Assembly (NCBI RefSeq): GCF_964355755.1 | Contig: NC_092679.1 | Location: 1,704,201-1,768,200 of the forward strand | Length of the DNA stretch: 64,000 bases | Direction: 5' to 3' | From: Antedon mediterranea | Taxonomy: Eukaryota; Animalia; Echinodermata | Shown here: piece after piece, positions 48,727 to 61,914 of the stretch | Layout: each line of letters opens with the position of its first letter | Position numbering within the stretch: the stretch's first letter is position 1 | Program-made: the position numbers and the translations under genes | Notes under the pieces: model-generated | Seen by the model: only the letters and a program-made list of their open reading frames with translations | Told to the model about the DNA's origin: nothing | Databases searched by the model: none

Positions 48727-50598
48727 GTTTTTTTTTATTTGTTCTGAAATTCGCAGACGACGGAAAGTTACTTACTTCGATTGTTCCACGTCTTAATGAC
48801 GGAGCTTTGGAGAAATCGGCCACTCAGGAGCAACTTCTGTTGATCCAATATCATGTGACCATTTTCTAACCAATCACAAACCTGTGCGTATCGGTTAGGC
48901 TTTCATTAGGTACTCGTTCAGTCTCATTCATTCGTGCCATGTGTCGAAATATCTCCAACTGAGTCAACATGATTGGTATATGCGCCAGGTGAGAAATAGT
49001 CGGTAACCATCAAAGTCACTTGATAAAACAAAAGATGAATTAAATGATGAATTGTTTTGTGTGAAAAGGTTTGAATGAAGTTTTAAAATTCTGAATAGAT
49101 GGTTGCCGTTTTCCTCTCACTCAGTTGCCTACCATTGTACGCATTGTAATAGATAGGATAAATGTTCCTTCTAAATTTATATCATTTAGAAGTAGAAGTT
49201 TAGAAGTACTGTACAAACGTTAAACTTTGTCTACACTATCAAACTTTATGTGACAAAAAAAATGTGATGTTCCCATATATGGACACGATGAAGTCATATC
49301 ACTACCATATATGGGCACATCACACTTTTTTGTCAAACTAGTTTGATAGTGTAGACAGACCTTGTCTGCCTCCGTACCCGTATACGCAGTAGTGTATTTA
49401 AATGAATTTTACATGTATAGGCCTATTGTATGTTTATTAGGATATTCTTTGTTGTTAAGTTCTTCCGAGGCCCAGACATATTATGGTGACTCTGTTGCTT
49501 TTGGGGTTCCAGACATTTTTTATGTCGAATAAATAAATGAAATTAAATATACAGTATCTGAATACAAAATCACCAATCGTGTAGCCTATATAGTTCTGTA
49601 ATAGGTCTAAAATAATACAAAGACTTAAGTGTATACGCTAAGTTGGCATAATATTTTGCAAAACAACATTGACCTTTTTATAATACCGACGACGAATAAG
49701 ACATATGAGCGTCAGTCGCCCGTGGGTATGTTCTTACCATTTTTCTTGTTAGTTGGGTCAACTGACGTATACATTACATATCCTATTGTTTAGAAAGTAA
49801 TGTAGTCGTATGCCGAAGGCAAAGTCATGTGTTGAAATATATAAATGTTAAAGTGTATTTTACACATGATGTTACACATGATGTAGACCTAATAGAGTAG
49901 TATAACATGGAAAACACAATTTTTTTTAACTATTTTGATACCAGATTGCCAATACATTCATTCGTTCACGACAATACATATACGCACAAATTCCCAAAAT
50001 TGGCCTACCCAATCTCTTAAACCAAAATGTAAGCCTCCCCTCCCCCACCCCTGTGTAGTTTCTTCTCTTCCATTTTTCTAGCCACATTGTTGATGAGGTC
50101 GCACTAGCATGCTTTCCAAGTTCTATTGATAAAGTTCTGAGTTAGCACTCAGTTATAGAGGGCGCTCACAAACAAAATGCAATACGGAAACTGTTATTTT
50201 AAACATTTTGAAGAGGGTTTACTATAAACAATTATAAATTCTTATAAACAATTGTAAATTCTTATAAACCAATAAAATAGTATAAATAATAGTAACATGT
50301 AAAACAATAATGAGGATAAAAACCGAAACAAATGTATTGATGACCTTTGAACTTGTTGAGTCAATTAAATTATTAAATATCAAAGAAACTTGACGGAAAC
50401 GCGTCCGGTGCAAACGGCTTCTGTACAGTCTTTTTCATGTTAATTTCCTTAACATTTAGACGCTAAATGATGCTCTTTTGAAATGCATGATTGAAGAAAT
50501 TTGATAATACAAATTATACTGTATCAAAATATAGCACGAATTATCTAGGCCTACTTTCAACTGCATACAGGAGAACTTAGCTGTTTTTGTTTCTTAAT

Positions 50599-51530
50599 AT
50601 GACTTGTCGAGACTCTTGGCCCGTCTTCGGCATCTTCGCAGCCATCATCGGTGTTGTCGCCTCCGCGGCAGTTATCACAATTTTCGGCATTACGGTTGTT
50701 ACGCCATACATGCTGACCAGAGAATTCCAACCGGCGGACTGCATCGTAGAATCCGTTGAACGACTTAACACCACTCGTGAATGTAAGTGTAATTATGAAG
50801 GGAGACGATGTGACGTCATTTCATCCCTTTGTGTGGTGGTCAGTGTACGGTCATTTTATAACTTCGAGACAGGGTTCGGAATACTTTTTGCAAGTGACCA
50901 AAGCTTGAGTTTCGATCATAAGGTAAGACAGAATCAATTACATAGAATCGGGAGGGGGTGATGACGATTAGACATAAGTGGTAGAGTTTAGGGGCGGGTT
51001 TTATGATGTCGTATCATATTGTTTGACCATCACAATAAATAATCAATGACAATGATGGTCAATTAGGCTGATAAAAGGCAGAGATGATTTGGTTCAGGTT
51101 ATGATGGAGTTAAATATTGTTAAATGAAGTTTTTAATTCAATTATCTTGTAGTGCTCGTATCCGACATGTTGGTCGTACAGTGACTACAACTCAACTACC
51201 AAGTCGTATGAAATAAGTGAAGAATTAGAAGACTTCCTTGAAACTTACCAGCCAGGAGCAAATGTAAGCTGCTTCATTGATACCACCGAACAGGAGCCAC
51301 GTCGAGCCCTCGGAGTCAAACATATCTCAAAACAAGATGTCTTCCATTCATTAGTTTGGCCATTAAGTGTCCTTTTTCTTGGCATTTTCTGCGCCACGTG
51401 CAGTTTAACACAATTGCAATGTTGGGAGGCAAAACACCACTACAGACTGCTATCTGTAAGGAGAAAGTCGGCTAAGATGAATATATACCAAAATGTCCAG
51501 ATGAATTTAGAAATGTCAAAGACTGAATAG
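50599..51530 (+). CDS. KCNMB: Ca2+-activated K+ (BK) channel beta-subunit-like protein, 233 aa; exons 50599-50922, 51153-51530
   Basis: Two TM helices flank a Cys-rich loop. GITVVTPYM..EFQPADC, CSYPTC and FHSLVWP resemble KCNMB motifs (CSYIP.C, FHSLFWP). One phase-0 GT-AG intron. Confidence 0.8.
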
Positions 51531-51634
51531 AAAACAGCACAATCGTGTTATGATAATGAGTTATATATAAATAAGATGGGCGAATAAGGAAACATTTAAA
51601 TGTCACTATTGAATATATGCAAAAATATATGATG

Positions 51635-51700
51635 ATATAGTATATATAGTGTATATAGTATATATAGTATTATAGTATATATAGTATATATAGTATATAT
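51635..51700. repeat. (TATATATAG)n low-complexity repeat
   Basis: Direct inspection. Confidence 0.7.
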
Positions 51701-51818
51701 GCCTATAAAGCTATATTAAGATACAACTTCTATTAATGGGGACACATTCGGGAACCACCAAAGTTCCCCCTTAATAGGGGTATTCCTTGAATGTTGGTCG
51801 ATAGTGTTAAAGCGTTCG

Positions 51819-51920
51819 TTTAATAGGAGTGTCCCTTTAATAGGAGTGTCCCTTTAATAGAAGTGTTCCTTTAATAGAAGTGTCCCTTTAATAGAAGTGT
51901 CCCTTTAATAGGAGTGTCCC
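51819..51920. repeat. 17-bp minisatellite (TTTAATAGGAGTGTCCC) x6, probably inside a decayed DNA-transposon remnant (~51720-51940)
   Basis: Six tandem units; related GGGGACAC/GTCCC motifs in the flanks and at ~62730-62850. Confidence 0.75.
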
Positions 51921-53501
51921 AAATAATGGGTTCTGTATTATGAATGAATTAAATTGTGTGGCGGGTCCAGAATTGTAAATATGGATGACGCGTGTTAAAC
52001 TTGTAAAAAATGAACTCAATGACACGAATTCCTTCATAATTAATGTAAGCAAGGCAAACTAACAACACGACACTGAGCTCGCCTTACTAAGATAGGAACT
52101 GGTAACAGTCCTTTGATCTTATGTCTGGCTGCGACAAACAGTACTGCACTATGTACGGCAGGCGTGGAACTGAGGTGTCGCAGCCACAAATAAACCATTT
52201 GATCTACGGAGCTTAGCATCCTGTTGTTAGAGTGTCTTGATGTAAGCCTGTATGCAAAGTTGTATCGCAACAATATACATTCTTGAAAATACACAGCAGC
52301 ACACTGCTGTTGCTGCTGCGGACAAGGCAAGTAGAATGAGTATACCGGTAATGCCTATTATTTAGGCCTACTCTGTTCAAATCATTCATTTATCCAGTCT
52401 GTGAGTATTTAATTTAATGTAATTTGTTAAATACGTAGTAATTAAGATTGTATATTGTAAGATAAGTAACATCTTTGTGTCGTAATTTGCCAAACTCAAA
52501 TTAGTAGTACAATGCAGAAATAAACTTATGATGGTTTGATCGCCTCAGTACTGACATGATTACGTAACATGTTGAGTTCTGAGCACTAGAGGGCAGCTTT
52601 CTTTCCGTTAGAGATCAGGCGACCGCATTTGTGATTGTTACATAATATGCGTAAGGGTTAAGTTATCATAATTCTCGGTTCTCAATTCGCATATAATATA
52701 ATATAATATGGGTAGCTTTAGAATTTGAATCAAATTACGATTAACAATAAGGCCCAACATTTCACACCTCATGATAAATAACTTTAAAAAACGCAAGATG
52801 TAAATATTAATATTTATTAAATACAATTGTATAAAAATATGCAAACAACAAATCGTCTAAATAAGTTTGTCAATGACAATTATATTGAACAAAGTGAGTC
52901 CCGCAAACATTGAATCAATCTATCGCTCTGACCTATAAGTGATTAGTATACAGCGAATCCAATATTACAAAGTAATGCAAAAATTATCAATCATTTATAA
53001 ACTGTTCAGTCATATAATGCATTCATTAATAGAAAGATCTTTAGCTTACTACGGGAAGTGGTTAAAGACAATATTATTATATCTCTTTTAAATAATAAAT
53101 AATTTTGAATGCCATAACATTAAAAGGTATATTAATAAAAAGGTTTTAATTTAAATACTCCTTGTGGAAACTGTCCTGTTGTGTAGGCCTATCCGTTTTA
53201 CAAATCGCAACCTACACTAATAAGTATATAAGCAGAGGCCTGAGATTCCTGGTTTAGGAACTCTAATTGGCCCTCCACTGGAGGCCTTGGGCATTTTTAG
53301 CCTTTTTATATATTGTTTTAAGGCATTTTTTTTCTTCTGGGCACTGCTCAGGGGCCCCCATTAGCTTCAGGGCCCCTCTGTTTAGTCAGTGAGCCCTCAT
53401 AGCCTTTACGCCACTGTACATAAGTTTATCTGTTAATGATGTTCGCCATTGCGATTCACAACAAAATGTTTGCGCACGGCACGTAAAACTCGCAGTAGTT
53501 A

Positions 53502-54899
53502 TCATCCAACTGTTGACCCATCAGGCCTATTTGAATTCTCAACAACGTCCATGTATAGTTCGTTTAACTCTCTGCGGATATCTGCATCTTCGACTTTCAA
53601 ACATGCTACAGATTTGTTTTCAATAAGTTTTTTTGATTGGCTTTCGTTTAAAGATTCTAGTATTGTGGCTTTTTCTCGTTCAATTTTCTCCAAGTCATAT
53701 TTCAGCTTTTTGTTCAGCTCCCTCTGCTTTACAAATTCCTGGGGGGAAAAAAATCATTAACTGAGTTTACTTTGTGATAATTTTTTCGATTCATTATTTT
53801 TCTTTTTATACCTATGAGACGCCATCCCCGTCTTAATAAACTCATGAATAACGATCTGTTGTGCAATAAATTTGGGGAATTTTTAAAAAGGTGAATATAG
53901 TACCAACAGCTTGTGTTGGCTGTTTCTGAGTTATGACGACATTCAAAAACTCTTATTTCATCCAAGTATAGCAACATTAAAAAATACAGCCAGTTAATAA
54001 AATTACTTAAGTAAAGTACCAAACCTTAGTTAGGGTTGATCCAACACCTTGAAATTACGGAAATTTATAAAGGTTGCTACTTCTAAAATATGCATTTTTT
54101 GCATTACACTTCTAAGTTGTGTTTTCTTTCATTTTGTTGTTGTAAACCTGCATTAATTTGTCAAACTGTATTCTAAGTAAACAAATGAAACTTACCTCGT
54201 GCATTGAGACTTCGGCTAACTTGTTTTTCTTTCTGAGTTTAGCAGCCGCTAACTTGTTTCTTTCCCTTCGTTTCAACTTCTTTTGTAATTCCTCCTCAGA
54301 AAGCTAGAACGAAAGAACGCATACATGAGTCAGGTTGGTGATGAATAGATCTAGATGTTAATGATTAACCTTGGTTTTTATTAGGACGCACCGCAAGAAC
54401 GTAAGGACAACGCAAGCGAATTGTTTAATAACAGTTTTAATATTTCATTTATGTGATTGGTAAAATTACTTGCGTTGTAGTGTGGGAACGTTTGGTTTCA
54501 TCATGTTCCAAAATTTAAGATCTCTCCCCCTTTCTCCATCTCTCCATGATGATTGAAACGCCTACTTACATTGTAACTGATGACGTCATGCTCATCCTCC
54601 ACTTTAATCTCTTCCAATCCCTTCTCTGCACGTTTCCTCTGTATTGTTATCTTCAGTTCTTCTCTGACGTACGGTGAAAGATCAAATAGATCAAACACAT
54701 TCCTGCTATTCGACTCTTCAATTTCTTGTTTTAGTTGCGTTTTCTGGTGTTTTTCTGCAGTAGGCTCGTCCTCGATCATTTTTTCTGCATCATCAACTAC
54801 TGAGCCCTGTTCCCCAGGTCGTGTAGATTCATAGAACCTCGTAACTACTGTCGTATTTGCTTGCCCAGGCATGCTGTGCATTTTAAGATTTACAACCAT
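53502..54899 (-). CDS. Divergent ATF3/JDP2-like bZIP protein, ~224 aa; exons 54899-54570, 54303-54196, 53738-53502
   Basis: LSPYVREELKITIQRKR (ATF3/JDP2 N-terminal motif); 108-nt basic-region exon KKLKRRERNKLAAAKLRKK; same phase-0 introns as the neighbouring gene. An upstream acceptor at 54910 implies 5' exon(s). Confidence 0.82.
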
Positions 54900-55704
54900 T
54901 GGAAATATTCTGTGGAAAAACCCAATGGTTATTACAACGATATGATATCAGTAGATAGATCAAAATATATGGTATTAAATTAAGGGGAAATCCTGGGGTA
55001 TGCTTGTGATGTCTATTCTAATAATATTGCATATTGATTCACTATTATCAAAAAGGTGGCGTGCTATCCTACCTATAAATCAATACATACCCGGGCCCCA
55101 GCACCAATTGCATTAAGTTATTAATTTAAAAAAAGTTAATAATTAACAGTCAAACGAAAAAACATCATTTACTAGTTACTACATTTAATATTATTTTCAT
55201 TTTATTATTGCAACTCAGGTGCATTACTATAAACATGTAGGCCCTATATATAAAAAGAGAAATATCAACAAAGAATACAAACAAACTCTACGCATATTAT
55301 TTTGATATAATTTATTAATCAATATTTTGTAAATTGTATAAATAAATCTGCCATACCTTGACTTGGCGACTTGGTTTGATTAAACAGTATGTGTCTTATG
55401 TGTTCAATATTTTATGAATAAATAACTTGTGTGACGAAGTTATCGTTTTATAAAGGTTATTGTAGCGTTGCATCATCAAATGGAATATTCTAGTAATTTC
55501 TATTACATAAAGCCATTTAAATAAAAAGAATTGAAACAAAACATGGACTAGTTTATTTCTCTTCTACAAAAATATACAATAACACAATTATTTTTTATAT
55601 TGTGTAATTTATTATTATTAATAATACTGTTATTAATCATCGACAATACGTTTTATGAAAATACTTTAGAAATTACACCTTTTTTTAAATGGGAGATTCC
55701 AAAA

Positions 55705-56340
55705 TTACGTCATCTCCTAAATATAATCATTACTCGATTTTGCAACGTAATGTAATTATTGTACTGCAAGTTTTTACACGTCTAAACTGCGCAATTCTGC
55801 GCTAAAGCGGGTTTTCCAAATTCTTAAAACTAAAAGAGTAAATTTAATAATTGTCTTAATTTTTGCCAAAAATGCAATACCTTTTAATTGGAATAGAAGA
55901 AATAAACAGCGCCCTCAATGTCAAATGGAAAATCACTGTGTATTGTTATTAGAGTTAAGCGTTTGACTCATAATTAGTAATCTTAGTTATTATATTTACT
56001 TTGAATACATGACTTAGTATAGCCTATATCCAAACCTACCTTAATTTTTCCTCTGATTGACGTAAATCAAATCTAGAAACTCCAGAACATGAATAAGTAA
56101 GGTTTTTTTCCACGAAAACACATAATTTCCCTGTTATCGTTATTACAGGTAGGTAATTGTCATGTAATTAAAAAATAATTTACCTGAGTTTTCTCTAGAT
56201 GTTTGATGTTGTACATGAGTTCAGTGGCTTTTGGTGTTAAGCTATGATGACAAATATACCTTTGGCCAATCACGAGTGGGGCATCACGTCTAATTTTGAA
56301 ATCTGATGTAATAATTATAAAGTATATTTTGATTGGCTGC
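55705..56340 (-). promoter_or_regulatory. Putative promoter/5' region of the divergent bZIP gene
   Basis: TTACGTCA at 55705, AP-1 TGACTCA at 55964, CCAAT ~56267, C/EBP-ATF-like TGATGTAAT ~56304, ATTGG ~56332. Confidence 0.4.
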
Positions 56341-59300
56341 TGATGTTGTGTTTAACCCTAATACGTTGACATTATTTTTAAAAATACTAATATTGGTATT
56401 ATAATATAATAATGATAATTAATTTGTTTTAATACATACAATTATCTTTCAACAGATGGCATTTTGTAATTTGTTTTATTCTCTTTAAACTTAACAACAA
56501 GATATCTTGACAACGCGCATCCATCATCGCGCGTCCATCATCGCGCTTTCTCGATCTCCAAGCTTAAAACTTGTGGTGGTGTGTGGTGCGCGCATGGTTG
56601 TTGTTTCCAATGCGCTTGCAATAACGCGTTTCCGATTGGTTTCCATGACAAGTGTCGTATCCTCTTGATCAGGGTACGGATGTCGCACTTCCGATTTGGT
56701 TTCAGAATAATGCCGCACATGTTGTAACTCACGTTCCTCTGCGATTGGGCGCGGCGCGTGTTAATTAATCATGTCACTTCCAAGAAACTGACCAGTAGTA
56801 CCGGATTTTTACCATTTTTGATATAATTGTAAAATAAAATAAAGTAATCGATTTTTTTGTAGTCATACGGAGTTGTTATACAGAGTTTATAATTAACGTT
56901 TTTGAAAAGTTTTCAAAGTACCTATACGCGGCGCGTAATCGGCGATACTATCGATCATTATACGCAATTATATGATCATTTAATTATTAATAGATCTGAT
57001 ACTGGTAGAAAACAAACACATTCTCATGTGACCTCCCGTGACCTCATGACACATCGAACAAATCACATGACGTCGTTCGATTATCTAACAGTCGATACTA
57101 TATTATATTATTTCAGTGATTAATTAAACAAAAATGTATTTGTTAAAAAGTTTCTTTGAGATTGCAAACAAGTAAAAATTACTGAAATGCATCGATATTT
57201 CGAGTAAGTACCAAGCCGAACTGGTTGGAGCTAGATTGCATTATTATGATATATTATATTTACATTATTTGTATTTATTTATTTCCGTGTGTCGTGGAAA
57301 TGATTTCATTTTGGTTTGGTGTTTTACATTTTACCCAGAAAAACATTGAGCTGTTGTTTCATTTGTGCATTAAACAAATTGGTAAATTTATAAATATATG
57401 CCTAATTTTACAGTAATTTTCCTCGATATAAATGTCCATTTTGTGTACGAAATGAATACGTATATATAAGCATAGACTACAATAGTTACTATCATTAATA
57501 ATGATGGATGATGACAAAAATTAATTGGCGAAATATCTAATCACGTACATCTCGATAGCATCTATTGAGATTGGGGTAAGGCATACGTGAACCTTTCGGG
57601 GCTTTTTTTAAGTGTTTCCTTAAATGCTCTAGGCCTAGTTTAATTTTTTTTTCTTTCCCCTTCTGAAACGACAATAATAAGATGATACGCTTATTATAAA
57701 CCGGATTGTAAAATCCGTGATTATAGGACAAAGTGGAATTTTGTAAACCAACTCATTTCGAAGAATTTAGCAATGTTGATAGTAATCGAAATTTGACCTA
57801 TAAATATATTGAATTTAAATGATCAAATATTCAAAGCGGGGTTTCAGGTCTATAAATATTTTTAATTTATTCTTTAATTCAGAAGTTGTTGTGAACTGGT
57901 AAACATTAAATTTAAAAAAAATCCTATTGATAAAAAGTATTGATAAAGGTTGTATACGGTACTATGGCAAGCCAAGTCCGCCAAAAGTACGGTATTCAAT
58001 CTATATGAATTCAGTAATAATTCACCGTATCGTCAATCCAACCCAACTGTAGTGAGCCCCGATAAGAAGGAGAGAACGGAGAAAGTTGAAGTATAATTAT
58101 TGTATTCGGTACTATGGCAAGCTAAGTCCGCCAAAAGGTGAAGGAGTAATAATGGGTGTATCTTCATGTTTATTGAACCATGAAGAAATAAGTTAGGAAT
58201 TTCCATAAACCATATAAAATTAAAGTAATGCAATAATAATGTATGTACAAAGATTATAATACAAACAGCATATATGTTGTTTTTCATGTTTTTTATTAAA
58301 ACAAAAGTCTTGTTGTACAAGCATATACTAGTAATCGTTTTGAACGTAATACAAAAAAAAATACAAAAGAAATACTGTAAAAATGAATACATAACATATG
58401 ACAGGATCATTGAATTGAAATTACACACTTTGAGTGACTTAAGCATTTTGGTAATACTGAGGTAGTTTGTTTTTTGTTTTTTTGTAACCGAGTTCCACCC
58501 ACTTCCTATACCCTTCTTTAATAAATTGTCCTTCATTTTCACAAAAATTACAATACTAAATTGGAGTGGTGTTATTTCATTTCACCATAACAATACGTGT
58601 AATATATTTGGGACAAATTTACTCGTCTTGGTCGTAAAGCTAGCTTGGTTCACACTAGGACGCGACTCTCACTTGCGTTGCGCGTACGTCGCTGCGTTGC
58701 GTCAAAGCGGGAACCAAGCTTTAGAAAGTACATGATATTATGAAAGACTATGGAACAAAAAGAATACTACACAATGAATACATTACAAATCATACATAGC
58801 ACATTAATAGGTTATATACATTATGGACGTCACGCATTGGTCACCGTAATTTGCTCATCAAAGCTTGGATCCCATTGGACGCAACGCAACAACGTACGCA
58901 CAACGCAAGTACGTTGACCAATCACAAGCGACAGTTGGATGATCCCCGTGTTGTGATTGGTCACATTATTACGGTTGGCTTACGTCCTAAGTGGGAACCA
59001 AGCTGTATTATATCATGGAGGCATGATTAGCCAGTGACTCATCTCAACGTGCAATCCAGCATGTTAACTTAGTACATTGAAAAGCATGGCTGACTGCTAA
59101 TAGCGGAACTTACAAATACATTTAAATACCTGTTAGTTTGTTTGGGAATACCCCATGATCTGAACATGGAGCTATACAATTATATGACATCTAATTGTAT
59201 ACCTTCACGGTCTGAGCATGTCTACAACATTTCAAAGCTGAATTCTCCGCCGGAGAAGAAAGGTTTAAAAGGCTATCATATACTTTACTTAGAACTAAAC

Positions 59301-59588
59301 TTAAGAAACATTGATTGATTGTGGTGTAGGAATTATAGGTATGGCATATTATATATTTATACAACTTAATTAAGTAGGTTTGTCTTCGATTGTCTGCATT
59401 TTCCTTAGCAGTAGATCAACAGGAAGTGACGTCTGGTAATAAAGTCATTATATTAATAGAGTTTTGTAACATTTATCTAGCTAGCAGTAGTCCAGTTCTT
59501 ATACGTTACAAAATACTCTATTGGTATGCTTCGTTCTTTGACATCAATCAACGCGTTGAAAACACTGCGAGAAGAGAAAGTTAGCAGT

Positions 59589-60743
59589 TCATTTAGAAGT
59601 ATTGCACAAAACAAGGGTGCCATCTTGGTTCAGAATGGTGCATGTCGGGATATGGTCTTGCAACAAGGATAGCAAATGTTCTTTCTCAGAACGTAAACTG
59701 GTTAAATCTGTCTTCAGTCGTTTTTGTTGTTCGTCTAACTCATCAATTTTCTGAGGAAAGATAAAATTGTGTATTTGTTATTTTGCTGTGAACAACTATA
59801 CTTATTTTACGCCTTATAAGGCATTCTCCTACTTTTTAAATACCCTGGATCCTTCTAATAAATTCTCCTAAATTCGTAGGATTTTTATTTTTCTTACCTC
59901 AGATAAAAGTGCTGATCTGTCCCTCTTCTTCTGTCGACATTTTGCTGCGGCGAGTTTGTTGCGCATGCGTCGGTCATTGCGTTTAGCCATCTCTTCTTCC
60001 GTCAACTATTCGAGAAAATAATAAATTATTATATTATTTCAATGTACTGTACTTTACCAAGCGACAAAGCAAACATTTGTTTTGCTCGATCGCTTTATAT
60101 GATAAAAGATAAATACATTACTTCATAAAGTAGTATTTATTTTTGATTAATAACATCATCATTAATGACGGAAATTAATACTGAGTGTATATATAGTCAA
60201 TTGTCATTGATAATAATCAATCAATATTTATTGATATCAAAATATAGTGTAATAATCAATAATGTGTGTACATACCTTATCTTCCCTCATTTTCCATTCT
60301 TCAACTGTTAGTGTTTCCTTGCCCTTAGCAAGTCGTTGTGACTGAATTTTCCATTTTAGTTCTTCTTTTATCAAAGGTAACAAATCAAAGTTAAAGATTT
60401 CACCATTTTTGTCCAATTCTAAATTGTTTGGGTCAAAATCTGTATCTTGGCTGGATGTCAAAGAACAAGGGGTAATCTCTCCATCCACTATTGAACCCGT
60501 GATGTCCGAACTTGGACTGGTCATCTGTGCTTCTATATTTGATTCCCCAAGCTGTCTTGAGATTATCTCTAATTGTTTTGTTGTTGATACGCCCTCTGGG
60601 AGTATTAGTACATTTGTGGAGGAATCAAATGAGACAAGACTGGCGTTTGGATCAAGGTCCATGACAACGGAAAATTGAATTTCGTCATTTTTATTATTGG
60701 AAACTGGTGATGAAACCAACGATCGTTTAGTTTGAAGTCCCAT
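59589..60743 (-). CDS. ATF3: ATF3/JDP2-like bZIP transcription factor, ~245 aa; exons 60743-60276, 60005-59898, 59750-59589
   Basis: LLPLIKEELKWKIQSQR; basic region RRMRNKLAAAKCRQKKRDR; five-Leu zipper ending HIPTC, as in the Fos/ATF3 family; 108-nt basic exon. Confidence 0.88.
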
Positions 60744-61369
60744 CCTAAAAAGTAAATGAATATAATATAGTTATAGTTTAATATAGTATAAGTGTACAGT
60801 ATTCACAAATAAATCGTTAATGTTTATTTTTTAGTTTAATATTTGACACAAAAAAATGTTATACTGCAGTAATAATAGAAAGATTGAGGTATTCAAAATT
60901 TCCCGCCAATTTAGTAGTATGACTACGTGCATAGATAAACAGATAGGTTGCCTGTATAATGTTACGTAATCTATATTATTTTATTATTAAATCTATATTT
61001 AATAGCATCATTGCTGCAACCCATCATGGAGGGATCCATACTGCAGCCAACTCCAGGGGTCAAAATGTAGGCCTAAATCATGTAATATATAATAAAATCA
61101 TAATTTTGGACAAAAGTAATACAATAGTTTACCTTGTAAAACGTGTTGCTCCTTACCTATCAGACGATGTATGAATATGTGTCATCGCATAATATTTTTC
61201 GCAATGAAAATATAACCCTCGAATCAAGTCTGAGCTTGACGGTTAAAATCCTTCAGTCATCAAATTGTGAAAGGCTATAGTAAGGCCTAACAATAGGATA
61301 AAGAACGTTATGGACTGTAAATATTGATATCCAATCAGATAATGTTGTTATTTTGCACGCGAGGCTCCT

Positions 61370-61914
61370 AATATATACTGATAATCTATATTTAGATTAT
61401 ACGTAATCCGCAATTCATTGTACGCATGCGTATTGTTTGATGACAAGATATTTGCCACGTGTGATTAGCCAATCAGATTGCTTTGTACTGTAGTTAATTC
61501 GTTGTTTGGGAAGTGACGTATATTGCACAACATTAGGAAATACTACTGAGTCTGCGCTCTTTGATTCTTGTTCAATAGAAGTGCTTAAAGCCAATATTTC
61601 TTTATTGTTCATCGTGTCTGTTGATGTGTGATATTAATAAAACTATTTTTACTATATTGTTTTGGAAAAATATTGGGTAAGAAAAGACGAAAATAAAAAC
61701 ACAACTTTAATAGGTCTTATTTTAAATGAATCAAGCAGCAAATCGCCTGCATTGCAATGACTCAACCCGGTTTGTACGCTTATTTTATTTTGGAAATATA
61801 GTGTAGGTTTTATGTAGGAAGATATTTGGGGGAGTTTAGTCTCATTTTGAAGGTCTATTTTTTTTTGTTAATCGACGGACAAAAACAAAAACACAAAGTT
61901 GCCTACTGACGTCA
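61370..61914 (-). promoter_or_regulatory. Putative promoter of the ATF3-like gene
   Basis: TATA-like ~61372, GCCACGTG and CCAAT ~61454-61473, ATTGCAAT overlapping AP-1 TGACTCA 61751-61764, full CRE TGACGTCA 61907-61914; 5'UTR exon donor at ~61131. Confidence 0.45.

Noticed and set aside
57958-58137. 30-bp direct repeat GGTACTATGGCAAG(C/T)AAGTCCGCCAAAAG as LTR or att-like ends
   Set aside because: Only ~150 bp apart, with no TSD or coding interior; most likely a local duplication.
58033-58542. 169-aa ORF between the bZIP genes
   Set aside because: AT-rich low-complexity composition, no domain and no splice support; probably 3' flank or UTR.
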